DNA from: Gammaproteobacteria bacterium
GTDB taxonomy: Bacteria > Pseudomonadota > Gammaproteobacteria > UBA4575
Direction of reading: 5' to 3'
NCBI GenBank assembly: GCA_965220875.1
Contig: OZ244849.1
Coordinates: 1,466,401-1,530,400, forward strand
Length of the DNA: 64,000 nucleotides
The position numbers and the translations under genes are program-made. Positions 18,851 through 28,800 of the stretch are shown piece by piece. Below the pieces are notes generated by a model that was not told the origin of the DNA, made no database searches, and saw only the letters and a program-made list of their open reading frames with translations. Each line of letters opens with the position of its first letter. The first letter of the stretch is position 1.

Positions 18851-20296
18851 TCAGTCACGAGTCGTGCCAAAAGCACCAATCACGTGACCATCTTGGAAAT
18901 GGCCGGTGAATTCACCTGTAACGCCGGATGGGTATGTAGTAGTTGCCGGTCGTGGAGGAGTAGCCGCAGTGTCAGCTACAGGACCAAAGAGCCTACCTTG
19001 CCATTCTCCTGCGGTGTCGCCGGAACCAGTAGTGGCTCCAAAGGTTCCATCGTAAGATGTATTATCAGCATTTCCATCTCTTAAGTGGGCGCGGTTTAAT
19101 GTTAAACCCCAGTCAGAAATCCTGCCATTCGCATTATGGAAATTGCTTACTGTTCCACTAATCGTGAACTGATCCCTGTCTGAGATTTCATTGGATTTGT
19201 TGACATGTGGGCCAGTGCCAGACGTACTACCGAAATGAGCAGTCAATACTACGTCAGCAGAAAATTGCCCTGTTTCTACTGGAGTGCCTGTTACCTTGCC
19301 ATCTGCAACTTCCAAATCTTTCCGAGCATAGAGTCCTGTTGCGGAACCTTCGTAAGTGGCAGTACCATCTAGGCTATCAAGATCAGTACTCGTAAATGTT
19401 CCGTCAGTTGCAGATGTGTAGGGCATGTTACCGCCTGCAAAAGTACCAACTCCATATTTCATATCACTGCCCATGGGTGTTGTCTGTACCCAATACCCAA
19501 ATGACTGATAATCTGTATCAGGTAAAGCACCTGAGATCATATGAATATCTTGAGTGTCGTCTTTCGTATTATTTGGAGTAAAAGTCAAATTTCCGCCTGC
19601 TAGGGTAATCGCTCCATTACTGGCTGCATTCAAAGTGCAAGTCGCACTACATGTATATTTACCCGACACATTATGGAACGTTCCGTTAATTGCATTATTA
19701 TTCCCACTTGCAAGGCTCCTACCAATGCTAATTCCTGATATGCGATTAGCGAGCGCAGTAGGGATAGAACCCGCAGCAATTTCTATTGTGTTATACCTTG
19801 TAGTGCCTGTGGGTGGTGCATCTCCTGTAGGTGCTGCGGCCGTTACATTTACACCTCCTACATCTATTGCTCCTACTGTATAGAATAAATCCCATGCTTG
19901 GGGTTTTGCGTCAGCAACATCAGAATAGACTGTAAGAACATCTGTCTTGTTGTCTTTAACTCGGCTGTAAACGCTCGATTTTAGAGTTCCTATACTTAGC
20001 CGAGATTCAGAGGATGCATTAAATTCTTCAGTGTTAAGAATAGTGACATCATTCATTCCCAATCTGTCACTATCTACAGTAAGCATCCCATTACGCCCAT
20101 AAGTTGTATCAGCACTTGGACGCTTACTATGGTTTAGTTCGCTTCCAGTGGGAACACCAGGCTCTCCATCCCCGTCAGGGTCAGCAATAGCTTCTGTCAA
20201 TCCTGCAATTCGCGCCAACTCTGCCTCACTAGGTCCAGGCTCCATGCAGTTTGGTGGCGTTCCGACTTGTCCTTCCGGACAAGTATCTGCCATCAT
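18851..20296 (-). CDS. TbpB/fHbp-like beta-barrel domain protein lacking a signal peptide
   Basis: 481 aa; C-terminus GEFTGHFQDGHVIGAFGTTRD resembles the handle/barrel end of Slam-type surface lipoproteins; in-frame TAG immediately upstream of the MMADT start, so no leader; Gly/Thr/Ser-rich. Confidence 0.5.
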   Translation of the reverse strand: MMADTCPEGQVGTPPNCMEPGPSEAELARIAGLTEAIADPDGDGEPGVPTGSELNHSKRPSADTTYGRNGMLTVDSDRLGMNDVTILNTEEFNASSESRLSIGTLKSSVYSRVKDNKTDVLTVYSDVADAKPQAWDLFYTVGAIDVGGVNVTAAAPTGDAPPTGTTRYNTIEIAAGSIPTALANRISGISIGRSLASGNNNAINGTFHNVSGKYTCSATCTLNAASNGAITLAGGNLTFTPNNTKDDTQDIHMISGALPDTDYQSFGYWVQTTPMGSDMKYGVGTFAGGNMPYTSATDGTFTSTDLDSLDGTATYEGSATGLYARKDLEVADGKVTGTPVETGQFSADVVLTAHFGSTSGTGPHVNKSNEISDRDQFTISGTVSNFHNANGRISDWGLTLNRAHLRDGNADNTSYDGTFGATTGSGDTAGEWQGRLFGPVADTAATPPRPATTTYPSGVTGEFTGHFQDGHVIGAFGTTRD

Positions 20297-20471
20297 CTCT
20301 TCTTCATCCTCGAAGTTTGCACGGACTTGGCTCTGAGCAAATCTATGTCTATATTGGGTAGACTAAAGACCTTTGATAGCAGCCAGGGAAACACAAACAA
20401 GCAGTTGGCATTTGCAAGTTGATGAATTACAAATTCGTAGTTACAATTATATTGTTATAGAGGGTTAGATT

Positions 20472-20762
20472 TTGCACTGGACATGGGATGAAAACAAAAA
20501 CTGCATCAACAAGCGGAAACACGGCATAGGTTTTGAGACGGCGCAGTTCGTGTTTGGTGACCCGCTGATGGTACAAAGGCAAGATCCAAACTCGGAAGAT
20601 GAACGATGGCATACCATTGGTATGATCAGCAGTGTGGTGGTGATTGTGGCACATACATGGCCCGGATCAGAACATGAAACAGGTCTGGAAGTGGGTCGTA
20701 TATTCAGTGCCCGGAAAGCCACAGCACATGAAAGGAGAGCCTATGAAGAAGGGGATTTCTAA
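20472..20762 (+). CDS. brnT: BrnT-family toxin (DUF497 ribonuclease)
   Basis: WDENKN..KHGI.FE.A N-terminal signature of BrnT. Confidence 0.7.
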   Translation: MHWTWDENKNCINKRKHGIGFETAQFVFGDPLMVQRQDPNSEDERWHTIGMISSVVVIVAHTWPGSEHETGLEVGRIFSARKATAHERRAYEEGDF

Positions 20763-21021
20763 ACAACTTACCAAAAAGCAAAAGGCAGAGATTGAAGCGC
20801 TTGCTGCGCTTCCCGATGAGAAAATTGATACAAGTGATATACCAGAGATTCTGGATTGGGCTGGAGCAAAGCGTGGTCTTCTATATCGGCCGGTCAAGCA
20901 ACAAATCACATTGAGACTGGATGCCGACGTTGTGGCTTGGTTCAAGTCGAATGTCCCAGATGGACGCAAATACCAGACCGAGATTAACCGTGTTCTTCGT
21001 GAGTATGCTCTGCGTGCCTGA
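20743..21021 (+). CDS. brnA: BrnA-family antitoxin (RHH/CopG-like)
   Basis: Overlaps the brnT stop by 20 nt; ~92 aa; C-terminal RKYQTEINRVLREYAL typical of BrnA. Confidence 0.6.
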   Translation: MKKGISKQLTKKQKAEIEALAALPDEKIDTSDIPEILDWAGAKRGLLYRPVKQQITLRLDADVVAWFKSNVPDGRKYQTEINRVLREYALRA

Positions 21022-21775
21022 AACTGCGAGTAGTGAAGTGTAGTGGTTTTGTGTGGGGCTAGGAAGTTGCAGGTGAGGGTTTTACGCTGTGGGCATCGCT
21101 CAGATATTTGATACACATGCGGCAGGTGGATCACCATTGGTCGGACGGGCCACCTCTACATGCATAAACTAGAAGCTGGTTTCGGATTCTATGCTGACAA
21201 CGACCTTGGCGGTTCAGTGAACGGACCAGGGGAAAGCAGTACGATACAGGATGTTGCTGCATATATCATGTCTGTGCTAACGAACGGAAGATACTGGGAG
21301 TACATCACGGCAACATCCGGGAATGGCTGACACGGTGCTCAAATGGGTCCTTGAAGCATCTAAACAAGAGAACTCGGAAGCAAAAATAGGTCATCCCAGC
21401 ACTGGCAGGGTAGCTTACACTCAGCCCCTGGCTTCCAAGGTCCAAACTTGGCGGCAACTTTGATTGCATCATTATCTGCAAGCTTTCGTTCTGGCTAGAA
21501 GGAATCTGGTAGCCCCGGCAAGTTTGTCAAGCAAATGCAGGCCAAGCATCCAGGACAACGAGCCGGAAGTCCAAGCACGGATTCCACGTCACTACCTGAG
21601 AACGCAGAGAGCGTGGTAGTGATGCGTGACATTCGGAGCGCAGGGCAAGGCAACACTATTATATTCGGGCTGCGAGGCTCGAATGCTCTACGAATGTCGG
21701 TACTTCTGCCAGTACAATGAAAAACAGGACTGTCTTAAAGTAATTAGAGATAGTAACTTAGGACCATCATTCGAT

Positions 21776-21943
21776 TTCTGCTAAGACGGCTAGGCTCAGT
21801 TCAGGTACACTTATACACACAAGAGAAACTACTACAGGAGTATTGTAGATTGCGGTCAGGTTTAGTTCAGATACACTCGAACAGATGAACTGCCTGACTT
21901 ATCTCCTATTGTAGATTGCGGTCGGGTTTAGTTCAGATACACT
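21776..21943 (+). CRISPR. Minimal CRISPR array: degenerate repeat, spacer, repeat, spacer, repeat (36-nt repeats ATTGTAGATTGCGGTC[A/G]GGTTTAGTTCAGATACACT, 30-nt spacers)
   Basis: Two near-identical 36-mers at 21842-21877 and 21908-21943, plus a degenerate copy ending at 21811; spacers TATACACACAAGAGAAACTACTACAGGAGT and CGAACAGATGAACTGCCTGACTTATCTCCT; repeat ends GTTGTAG.../...CTACAAT-like as in type II-C. Confidence 0.75.
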
Positions 21944-22188
21944 ATAGCCTGTATAAGCTACTGATAATAAAGGGGAGCTTAGAATATGGATAGTTGTTTT
22001 GGTGCTTGTTCTGTCGGAACACGCTTTGAACCTTGGTAGACTTGCATCCTTTCAAATTGCTTCTCCGTTATCTTTAAAATGCGTACCTCCCCCTTCGGGG
22101 GGAGTATCTTTTTTCGCATTTGTACGCTTTTGGACTTGACAAGTTAGGGTAGTCCCTGTAGTCTATAATCATAGACAAGGGGGCTGAT

Positions 22189-23095
22189 ATGAACATACTA
22201 GATATCTTCCAATCATTCAAAACACAAGAGCAGGCTATCGAATACCTTGAGCAGGTACGCTGGAAAGGCGAGCCGGTTTGTCCATACTGCAAAAGCAAAA
22301 AAACTCACCGGCATGCCAGCGGTGACAGGGCTGACACTCGTTGGCAGTGCCAAGAGTGCACACGGGCCTTTTCAGTCAAGGTAGGCACCATCTTCCACGG
22401 GACACACATTCCCTTGCAGAACTGGTTTCTGCTATTGGGCCTGATGCTGAATGCAAAGAAATCAGCCAGTGCGTGCCAACTGGCCCGTGATCTTGGAATG
22501 AGGCGGCCTACAGTATGGCGCATGATGCACAAGGTTCGCGTGGCTATGGCTAATGATCAAACACAGTCAGATTTGCTTCATGGCATCGTAGAAGCAGATG
22601 AAACCTATGTGGGCGGCAAGCCACGCAAGAGAAAAGTTAACAAAAACAACGATCTACCCCCCCCCCTCAGCCCCTAGAGGCCGTGCTACCCGTAAAACCC
22701 CGGTAATAGGTGTCGTAGAACGTCATGGTCAGGTAAGGGCAGCGACTGCTGAAAGGCGCGACCTGTCAGCCAAAGGGCTGACCCGATTTATCAAGAAACA
22801 TGTGGACCCTGAAGGCTCATGGTTAATGACTGATGAGTACCGTGCCTACCGAAGCATGGCCAAGTTCATTGACCATTCTGTTATTGCCCACACAAGAACG
22901 TATGTTGAGGGGATAGTACACACCAACACGATTGAGGGTTTTTGGGCACTGCTGAAACGTGCATGGTTCGGGTCACACCATCACTACAGCAAAAAGTACA
23001 TGGATTTGTACGTGTCCGAGGCTTGCTACAAGTACAACAGGCGTGAGCACAAGTGTTCATTTGATCACTTGTTGGGGCTCATGGTCAACGCATGA
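22189..23095 (+). pseudogene. IS1595-family transposase disrupted by a frameshift at a 10-C homopolymer
   Basis: ORFs 22189-22677 and 22598-23095 together span a full transposase (zinc ribbon ... HTNTIEGFWALLKR); frame changes at C10 tract 22657-22666. Confidence 0.8.
22657..22666 (+). repeat. Poly-C homopolymer (10 C) inside the transposase coding sequence
   Basis: Seen directly; the copy A transposase has no such tract at the corresponding position. Confidence 0.9.
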
Positions 23096-24729
23096 ACCGG
23101 CTGTACTATGGCGATAATCTTACAATCATGCAAAAGGAGATCGCCGCCCAGTCTGTTGATCTGATCTATCTTGATCCACCCTTCAATTCACAAAAGAATT
23201 ACAACCTGATTTACACACAGGCCACGGGGAAGCCTGTCCCCGCACAGGTGGAAGCCTTTTGTGATACATGGGAACTGGATGCCGAAAAGGAAGAGCTGGC
23301 AAGCAAGATGCCGGTTATCTTGAGAGCCCATGAAGTAGAGGACTATTACGTTAAATTCTGGCGGTACTGGATACTTGCATTACGCAATACCCATCCCAAA
23401 CTTCTGGCCTACCTGCTGTACATGGTGCAAAGGCTTTTGTACATGAAAATTTTATTGAAGCCTACAGGGGCTATCTATCTTCACTGCGACCCGAATGCAA
23501 GCCACTACATCAAAGTCATGATGGATGGGATATTCGGACATGGCAACTTTCGGAATGAAATTACCTGGCGGCGTGTAACTTCGGATCAGAAGGGCAGCCA
23601 ACATGACAGGAAGAGCTGGGGAAACAACGCGGATATCATTCTGTTCTACACAAGGTCCAACCAGTACAAGCTGCATGGAACGCGGCCATTGACTACAGAG
23701 GAAGCTGTTCAGAAATTTAACCAGACTGACGAAACTGGCAGGCGTTATTACGATGACAGCTCACACATATGGAGGACACCCGGCATGGGGCCTCGGCCTA
23801 ATCTGTGCTACGAATGGCGCGGATTTACAAACCCGCATCCAAGCGGGTGGAGGCTGAAGAAGGAAAGGCTTGAAGAGGAATACCAGAAAGGCAATATTGT
23901 TATCCGGCCTGATGGCAAGCTGGAGCGCAGGAAATACGAGGAAGATTATCCGGGTGCGCCAATCGGGAATATATGGACAGACATTGGCCCCGTCCCTGCC
24001 AGAAGTGGTGAACGTATAGGCTACCCTACACAGAAACCAGTGACCCTGCTCAAGCGTATTGTTAGGGCTTCTTGCCCACCTGACGGGCTTGTTTTCGACC
24101 CTTTCTGCGGATGCGGAACTACGACCTACGCAGCACAGGAAACGGGTCGCCGCTGGATTGGATGCGATATAGCGATATTGGCTATCAAGCTGATCAAATA
24201 CAATCTTGAAAAGGCATATGGATTGCACGAAGACAGGGAATTTGAAATTGACGGAATCCCGGTGAGTGTGGAAGGTGCTGTACAGCTATTCAGGAAAGAC
24301 CCGTTTCAGTTCCAGCATTGGGCTGTGGAGCGGGTGGACGGTTTCCCTACTCAAAAGAAAGTGGCAGACAAGGGCATAGACGGCAATATCTATTTTGAAA
24401 CGGATGACGGCTACAAGGACATGGTTATATCTGTGAAGGGCGGGACAGTAAGACCGACAGACATACGCGATCTGAGAGGCGTGCTGGAACGTGATACGGA
24501 CAGTGGCACAGTGATGGCGGGGTTTATATCAAACAGGGAACCTACCAAGGCTATGAAGGATGAGGCGGCCAAGGCAGGCATGTATACTTATGCAGGCCAT
24601 GATTACGAACGCATCCAGCTATTGACTACCAAACAGATACTGGAAGACAAGATGGAGTTCAGGACACCCAGTAAAATTGGTGTGAAGCAAAAGATGGGAC
24701 AGCTAAACCTTGACATCATCAGAGCGTAG
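23092..24729 (+). CDS. Beta-class DNA methyltransferase with C-terminal PD-(D/E)xK-like domain (paralog of 12423-14021)
   Basis: DPPF ... FDPFCGCGTT; C-terminal GIDGNIYF...VISVKGG; ATGA overlap with the transposase stop; roughly 55-60% identity to the copy A MTase by eye. Confidence 0.75.
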   Translation: MNRLYYGDNLTIMQKEIAAQSVDLIYLDPPFNSQKNYNLIYTQATGKPVPAQVEAFCDTWELDAEKEELASKMPVILRAHEVEDYYVKFWRYWILALRNTHPKLLAYLLYMVQRLLYMKILLKPTGAIYLHCDPNASHYIKVMMDGIFGHGNFRNEITWRRVTSDQKGSQHDRKSWGNNADIILFYTRSNQYKLHGTRPLTTEEAVQKFNQTDETGRRYYDDSSHIWRTPGMGPRPNLCYEWRGFTNPHPSGWRLKKERLEEEYQKGNIVIRPDGKLERRKYEEDYPGAPIGNIWTDIGPVPARSGERIGYPTQKPVTLLKRIVRASCPPDGLVFDPFCGCGTTTYAAQETGRRWIGCDIAILAIKLIKYNLEKAYGLHEDREFEIDGIPVSVEGAVQLFRKDPFQFQHWAVERVDGFPTQKKVADKGIDGNIYFETDDGYKDMVISVKGGTVRPTDIRDLRGVLERDTDSGTVMAGFISNREPTKAMKDEAAKAGMYTYAGHDYERIQLLTTKQILEDKMEFRTPSKIGVKQKMGQLNLDIIRA

Positions 24730-24731
24730 CA

Positions 24732-24971
24732 CTAGTATAGTCCAAAAGCGTACAAATGCGTCTTTTTTATTCTTTTGCAGTGTACTTCTGCACTTTCATC
24801 ACTGGCACAGTGTCTAGTGTAAACGGAGTACTGCAGCATTACAAAGCCGTCCGTCATTAGTCTTTTGCGAAATCTACTGTACTGGTATCGGTCAGATTTG
24901 GTTTCGGTTGGGAGGTCAAAAAGAACCATAGTCCACAAACTTCGAAATCCTCCGAAAATGATTTCAGTCAT
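24732..24971 (-). CDS. cas2: Cas2, C-terminally truncated by the IS insertion (last 9 codons and stop supplied by the IS end)
   Basis: MVLFDLPTET...RFRKRLMTDGFVMLQYSVY matches type II Cas2; the reading frame continues across the empty site into a Cas2-like C-terminus ending at 21979. Confidence 0.75.
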   Translation of the reverse strand: MTEIIFGGFRSLWTMVLFDLPTETKSDRYQYSRFRKRLMTDGFVMLQYSVYTRHCASDESAEVHCKRIKKTHLYAFGLY

Positions 24972-25855
24972 ACCAAAGCAGGAATAGTCAGCTTACCTTT
25001 ATGTGTTTCCAACACTTTGCGCAAACTAGCGCAGTAGACTGCCAGCGCACTCATGCAGGGGGTTTTGCGTTTTTTGATTAAAACTGGAGCACTGAGTACT
25101 GTAAGTAAATCATTTTTTGCATTTCTATCCAATCCATTGAATGTTTCGGCTTGTGACAATTTTGCGACACACCGATCTATCAACGGCCTTAGTGGTTCCA
25201 TTACATCATCAGCCAAACAAAAAACATTGTATTGGTTATGATGATGTATGCCGAAAGCAGGATGTAGCCCTGCACTCATGAGTGCACGAGAACATGCTGT
25301 CCGAATCAGACTGTACCCATAATTCAGAAGAATATTTACATCATTTGATCCACTCTGATCCCGTTTGAAATCTTTACCAAAAAGAGATTTGAAGTAGATT
25401 CGAGATGCTTGGGATTCATGATTAGCCGTATCATTCAGTCGCACCGTTTTTGCCAGTCGTTGCAGTCTGGCACTTGTAATCCCATGAACTGAAGTGAGCA
25501 CTGCCGACTGCGTGTAGATTTTTGCTCGAATGATTTGCTGCCAAATAATGTGATGTACTTGTTCTGGAGTTGACGCTTGCATGCGCATAATCCTGCCTTG
25601 AGTTGTATGAGCATCGAGTGGTAAAAGCAGGGAGGCAGGGAGGTGTTTTTCATCCGTGACAATGAGTGCAATGTTTTGTTTGGCACAGTGTCGAAATACG
25701 CTTTGACTGCACGTAATCTGTGGATTGTCCAGAATCAAAAAAGCGATATCATCAAAAGGAATGCTGTGTTTGCCTTCCTCATTTAGGACGATCAACTGGT
25801 TAAGACTGACTTGAAGATGTGCTTCTGAAGAAATTTCTATAGTTCTACGGATCAT
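24968..25855 (-). CDS. cas1: Cas1 (type II)
   Basis: About 295 aa from ATG 25855 (ATGA overlap with the cas9 stop); Cas1-like throughout; an upstream GTG at 25930 is an alternative start. Confidence 0.8.
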   Translation of the reverse strand: MIRRTIEISSEAHLQVSLNQLIVLNEEGKHSIPFDDIAFLILDNPQITCSQSVFRHCAKQNIALIVTDEKHLPASLLLPLDAHTTQGRIMRMQASTPEQVHHIIWQQIIRAKIYTQSAVLTSVHGITSARLQRLAKTVRLNDTANHESQASRIYFKSLFGKDFKRDQSGSNDVNILLNYGYSLIRTACSRALMSAGLHPAFGIHHHNQYNVFCLADDVMEPLRPLIDRCVAKLSQAETFNGLDRNAKNDLLTVLSAPVLIKKRKTPCMSALAVYCASLRKVLETHKGKLTIPALV

Positions 25856-28800
25856 GCTGACGATAACAACCCCAGGTTTCCTAACTCTACCTTCCTGCAG
25901 TTCAGTTTGTCCAAGGATGTAATTCGCCACATTCCCCAGTCTGATTCAGTCCCCGAGACACTATGATGGCGCAGAAAAAGGTCTATCCTCTTGTCACCAC
26001 TGCCGCTCATTTTCTGCACTCTGAAGTACGGTGTCTCTGCGTGCTCAGGTGCAAATTTATTCATATCTTTAAATATACTCATATCCTCGCAATACACCAT
26101 ATCATTGATGCATAGATCCAATTCGTAATACCACCCTTCCAACTCAGAAGGCGGCTCTTTTACTATGACCGGTTTTCCTGCACTGGCACGCTTAGCGGCC
26201 TCCAGCATTGTTATAATCTGAAATCGCCTTTCTTTGTTAGTACCCTCCTGTCCATTATGAAAGATGATCATGTGATGATTGCTGCCGGACAGGACATATG
26301 AGTTGCCTGTCTTGATATAAGATTTTGTCATCGGTCGCGCAATACGAGCTTTCAGGATAGGGGTAGAGGGATTACCTCTTTTGTCAAGCACACGAGGTGG
26401 TGTCTTATCTAGTTTCGCTTTAATTGTGCTGGATTTTTCTCCTACTAGATTATTTATTTCCAACCAGTAGAAAAGGGCATCATGAATAGATTTCTCAACT
26501 ACCCATGTACCAGTCCCTGGTGTCCAATTCCTGGAAAGTTTGGACAGGTACTCAGCTGTCAATTCCTTGCGGCAAGTCACACAAGGTGTCTGATAGATAA
26601 TTTTTGTCAGCTCTTTTCCTTTCCAACGGGGCAATGTGCGGTCAGTTGGCTTAAGTTTTTTTACTTCCGCAGCCCAATGTAACAGGACTGAGCGCAGGTC
26701 CTCATCCAGAATACAACTGCCGCCATCCCCATCTGGTTCAGCTTGTGCAATTTGCTGCACTTTTTTTAGAATATTTGACCTCATGCTCTCAATGTTCAGG
26801 CACTGGTCAAAGTACGATTTTCCATAATTAGTCTCTTCGTGCAAAGCGCCCCAGACTTTGCGTTTGATCATGTGGGATACGACAGTGGTATTCAACCGAT
26901 TACTCAAAAGACTGTGCAAGTCATGACTATCCTCCCAGCTTGTAGACAATCTCAAACGATTCTTCTTGATCCAGTCTTCTTTGGTAGTTCGATGCGGCAA
27001 AAACTTCTTATCCTGTTCCTTTTTATGGGCTTCAATCATTGACTTCAGCATGGCCCGGTCAGTAATGGCCACCACAAACGCATCCACTGCGTGATGACGA
27101 TGGTCGTGTCTCGATTTCTCAGACTTTTCTGCTTTGTCCGCACTATATTGCAAAATTTCACCTGTCTCTGTATCAATCTCTTTACCTGTTTCTATATAGA
27201 CACCAGAATCAGGTTTCCGAGGCAAAACGGAGTTCAATCCCAGTCTCCGACGAAGCTCACTTGTAGCTGCACCGTTATTAACGTCGATTGGTACTCCATA
27301 TTTTTCCAACATCTTTTTTGAAGCTGTAGCAATGTACCGGGTATCATTGAGTTGTCTATTTACGAAATCACTTTCACTTTCCGGGCAATGTGCCTTTTTA
27401 AGGAGATTGTTTCGCTTGCGGAGATTCTGATCCTTGCCAAATTTTTCCTTGGCGAACTTCTCTATATGCTGCCATCGATTCTCATTATGTCCCCAAGCTT
27501 CATAAGGTGTTTGCTTTCCTTTTTCATCATTACAACTGCGGCAACTGACAAGCGTATTCATGTAATTCTGTCTGAAACCTGTGTACGGAAGGATATGCTC
27601 AACTTCTGCTCCACCAGAAAACAGTTGACCGATACCGATCAACTTCTGGCAGTAAGGGCATTGCTCATCCTGCTCTTTCCACATCTTGTATTTTGATCGG
27701 TCATCAGGACTGATACGGCAGGCGACACCTCCTCGCACTCCCTCCAGGTTGATCCCGATACTGCCTGTTTTGTAGTGTTTCAGAATTTCCTCTTCCGCAT
27801 CCTCGTTTCGTTTCCTGTTCTGATTTTGCTGGCTTGCAATCTCAGCACGGTGCCTTTTTGAAGATTTCATCTCCCGCGCCATCTCAATACGGATAATGGC
27901 TGGCTTGCCATAATGCTTCACAATTGCATTCACTACGCGACGTATTTCATAGAGCGCTTTCTGCACGGTCGGGTTCGCTATATTCGGGACATCCTCAATT
28001 TTCAACAGGTACCCTTCGTTAGTCGCTTTCTGTATCTTAGTAATGCTTTCAATTTGTCCAATTTGTTTTACTGCTGCATAAAGGTCCATACCATCACGCA
28101 GATGAGGGAGTAATTCGTTGATAGCCTTAAGACTGTACTTACTATAGCCATCTTCCAACTGTTCGTTCACGGCAAGTCCCAAAGCACCCTTTTCATGGTC
28201 ACGATTAGGAAGATAGGAAGGAAACTTCCAATACTTAACAAGTCTGTCATACAACGTTTTTTTATTGTGCATTGTATGCAGATCTTCAACTAATTTAGTC
28301 TGCTTTTCCTTACCTAATTGCTGCCACGCTCGAATACCAATTGAATGGCTGACGGCTTGAGCCGTTCGATTCCCGATGAGGCCATTTTTCCCTGCACCGT
28401 CATCACGACTCTCGCCATAATTTAGATCCTTGACCTTCACATCTAGCGCCCTAGCAACTTCTTTCCACGAGATACGCCCTTGCCTGTTTAATCTCTCTGG
28501 ATCGTCAGCTAAGTTCGTCAACTGCTCTCGCTGCTCTGCAGTTAACGGTTTTTCACCGATCTGTATATTGTTGATGACCTGAAGGGTCCGGAATTCCTGG
28601 AATTCCAGCCGCATCACAGTTGTGCGTTTCTTTTTTGGATAGATGCTGCAGTTACCTACCGTACTCTTTTGCAATTGAAGCGGGCGTTGATCGAAAATTG
28701 CATCTTTTATCCTAGTAGATTCGTCCTCAGAAAAATGTTGAAAAGAATGTTGCTTTTCCCATATAGCATCAAATTCCCTTTCATACATTTCGCGACTGGC

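Larger units (their letters stand above)
22115..24760 (+). mobile_element. IS1595-family insertion sequence, copy B (transposase pseudogene + MTase passenger), inserted into the 3' end of cas2
   Basis: Termini CGCATTTGTACGCTTTTGGACT.../...AGTCCAAAAGCGTACAAATGCG; flanked by perfect 8-bp direct repeats TCTTTTTT at 22107-22114 and 24761-24768. Confidence 0.85.

Noticed and set aside
20667-21137. 156-aa minus-strand ORF across brnA
   Set aside because: Fully overlaps the brnTA pair on the opposite strand and has no RBS or motifs.
22088-22114. Hairpin CCTCCCCCTTCGGGGGGAG plus T-run at the IS insertion site considered as a transcription terminator
   Set aside because: It lies inside the reconstructed ancestral cas2 reading frame (encodes ILPPKGEV), so the hairpin is probably incidental; the T-run is simply the target site duplicated by the IS.
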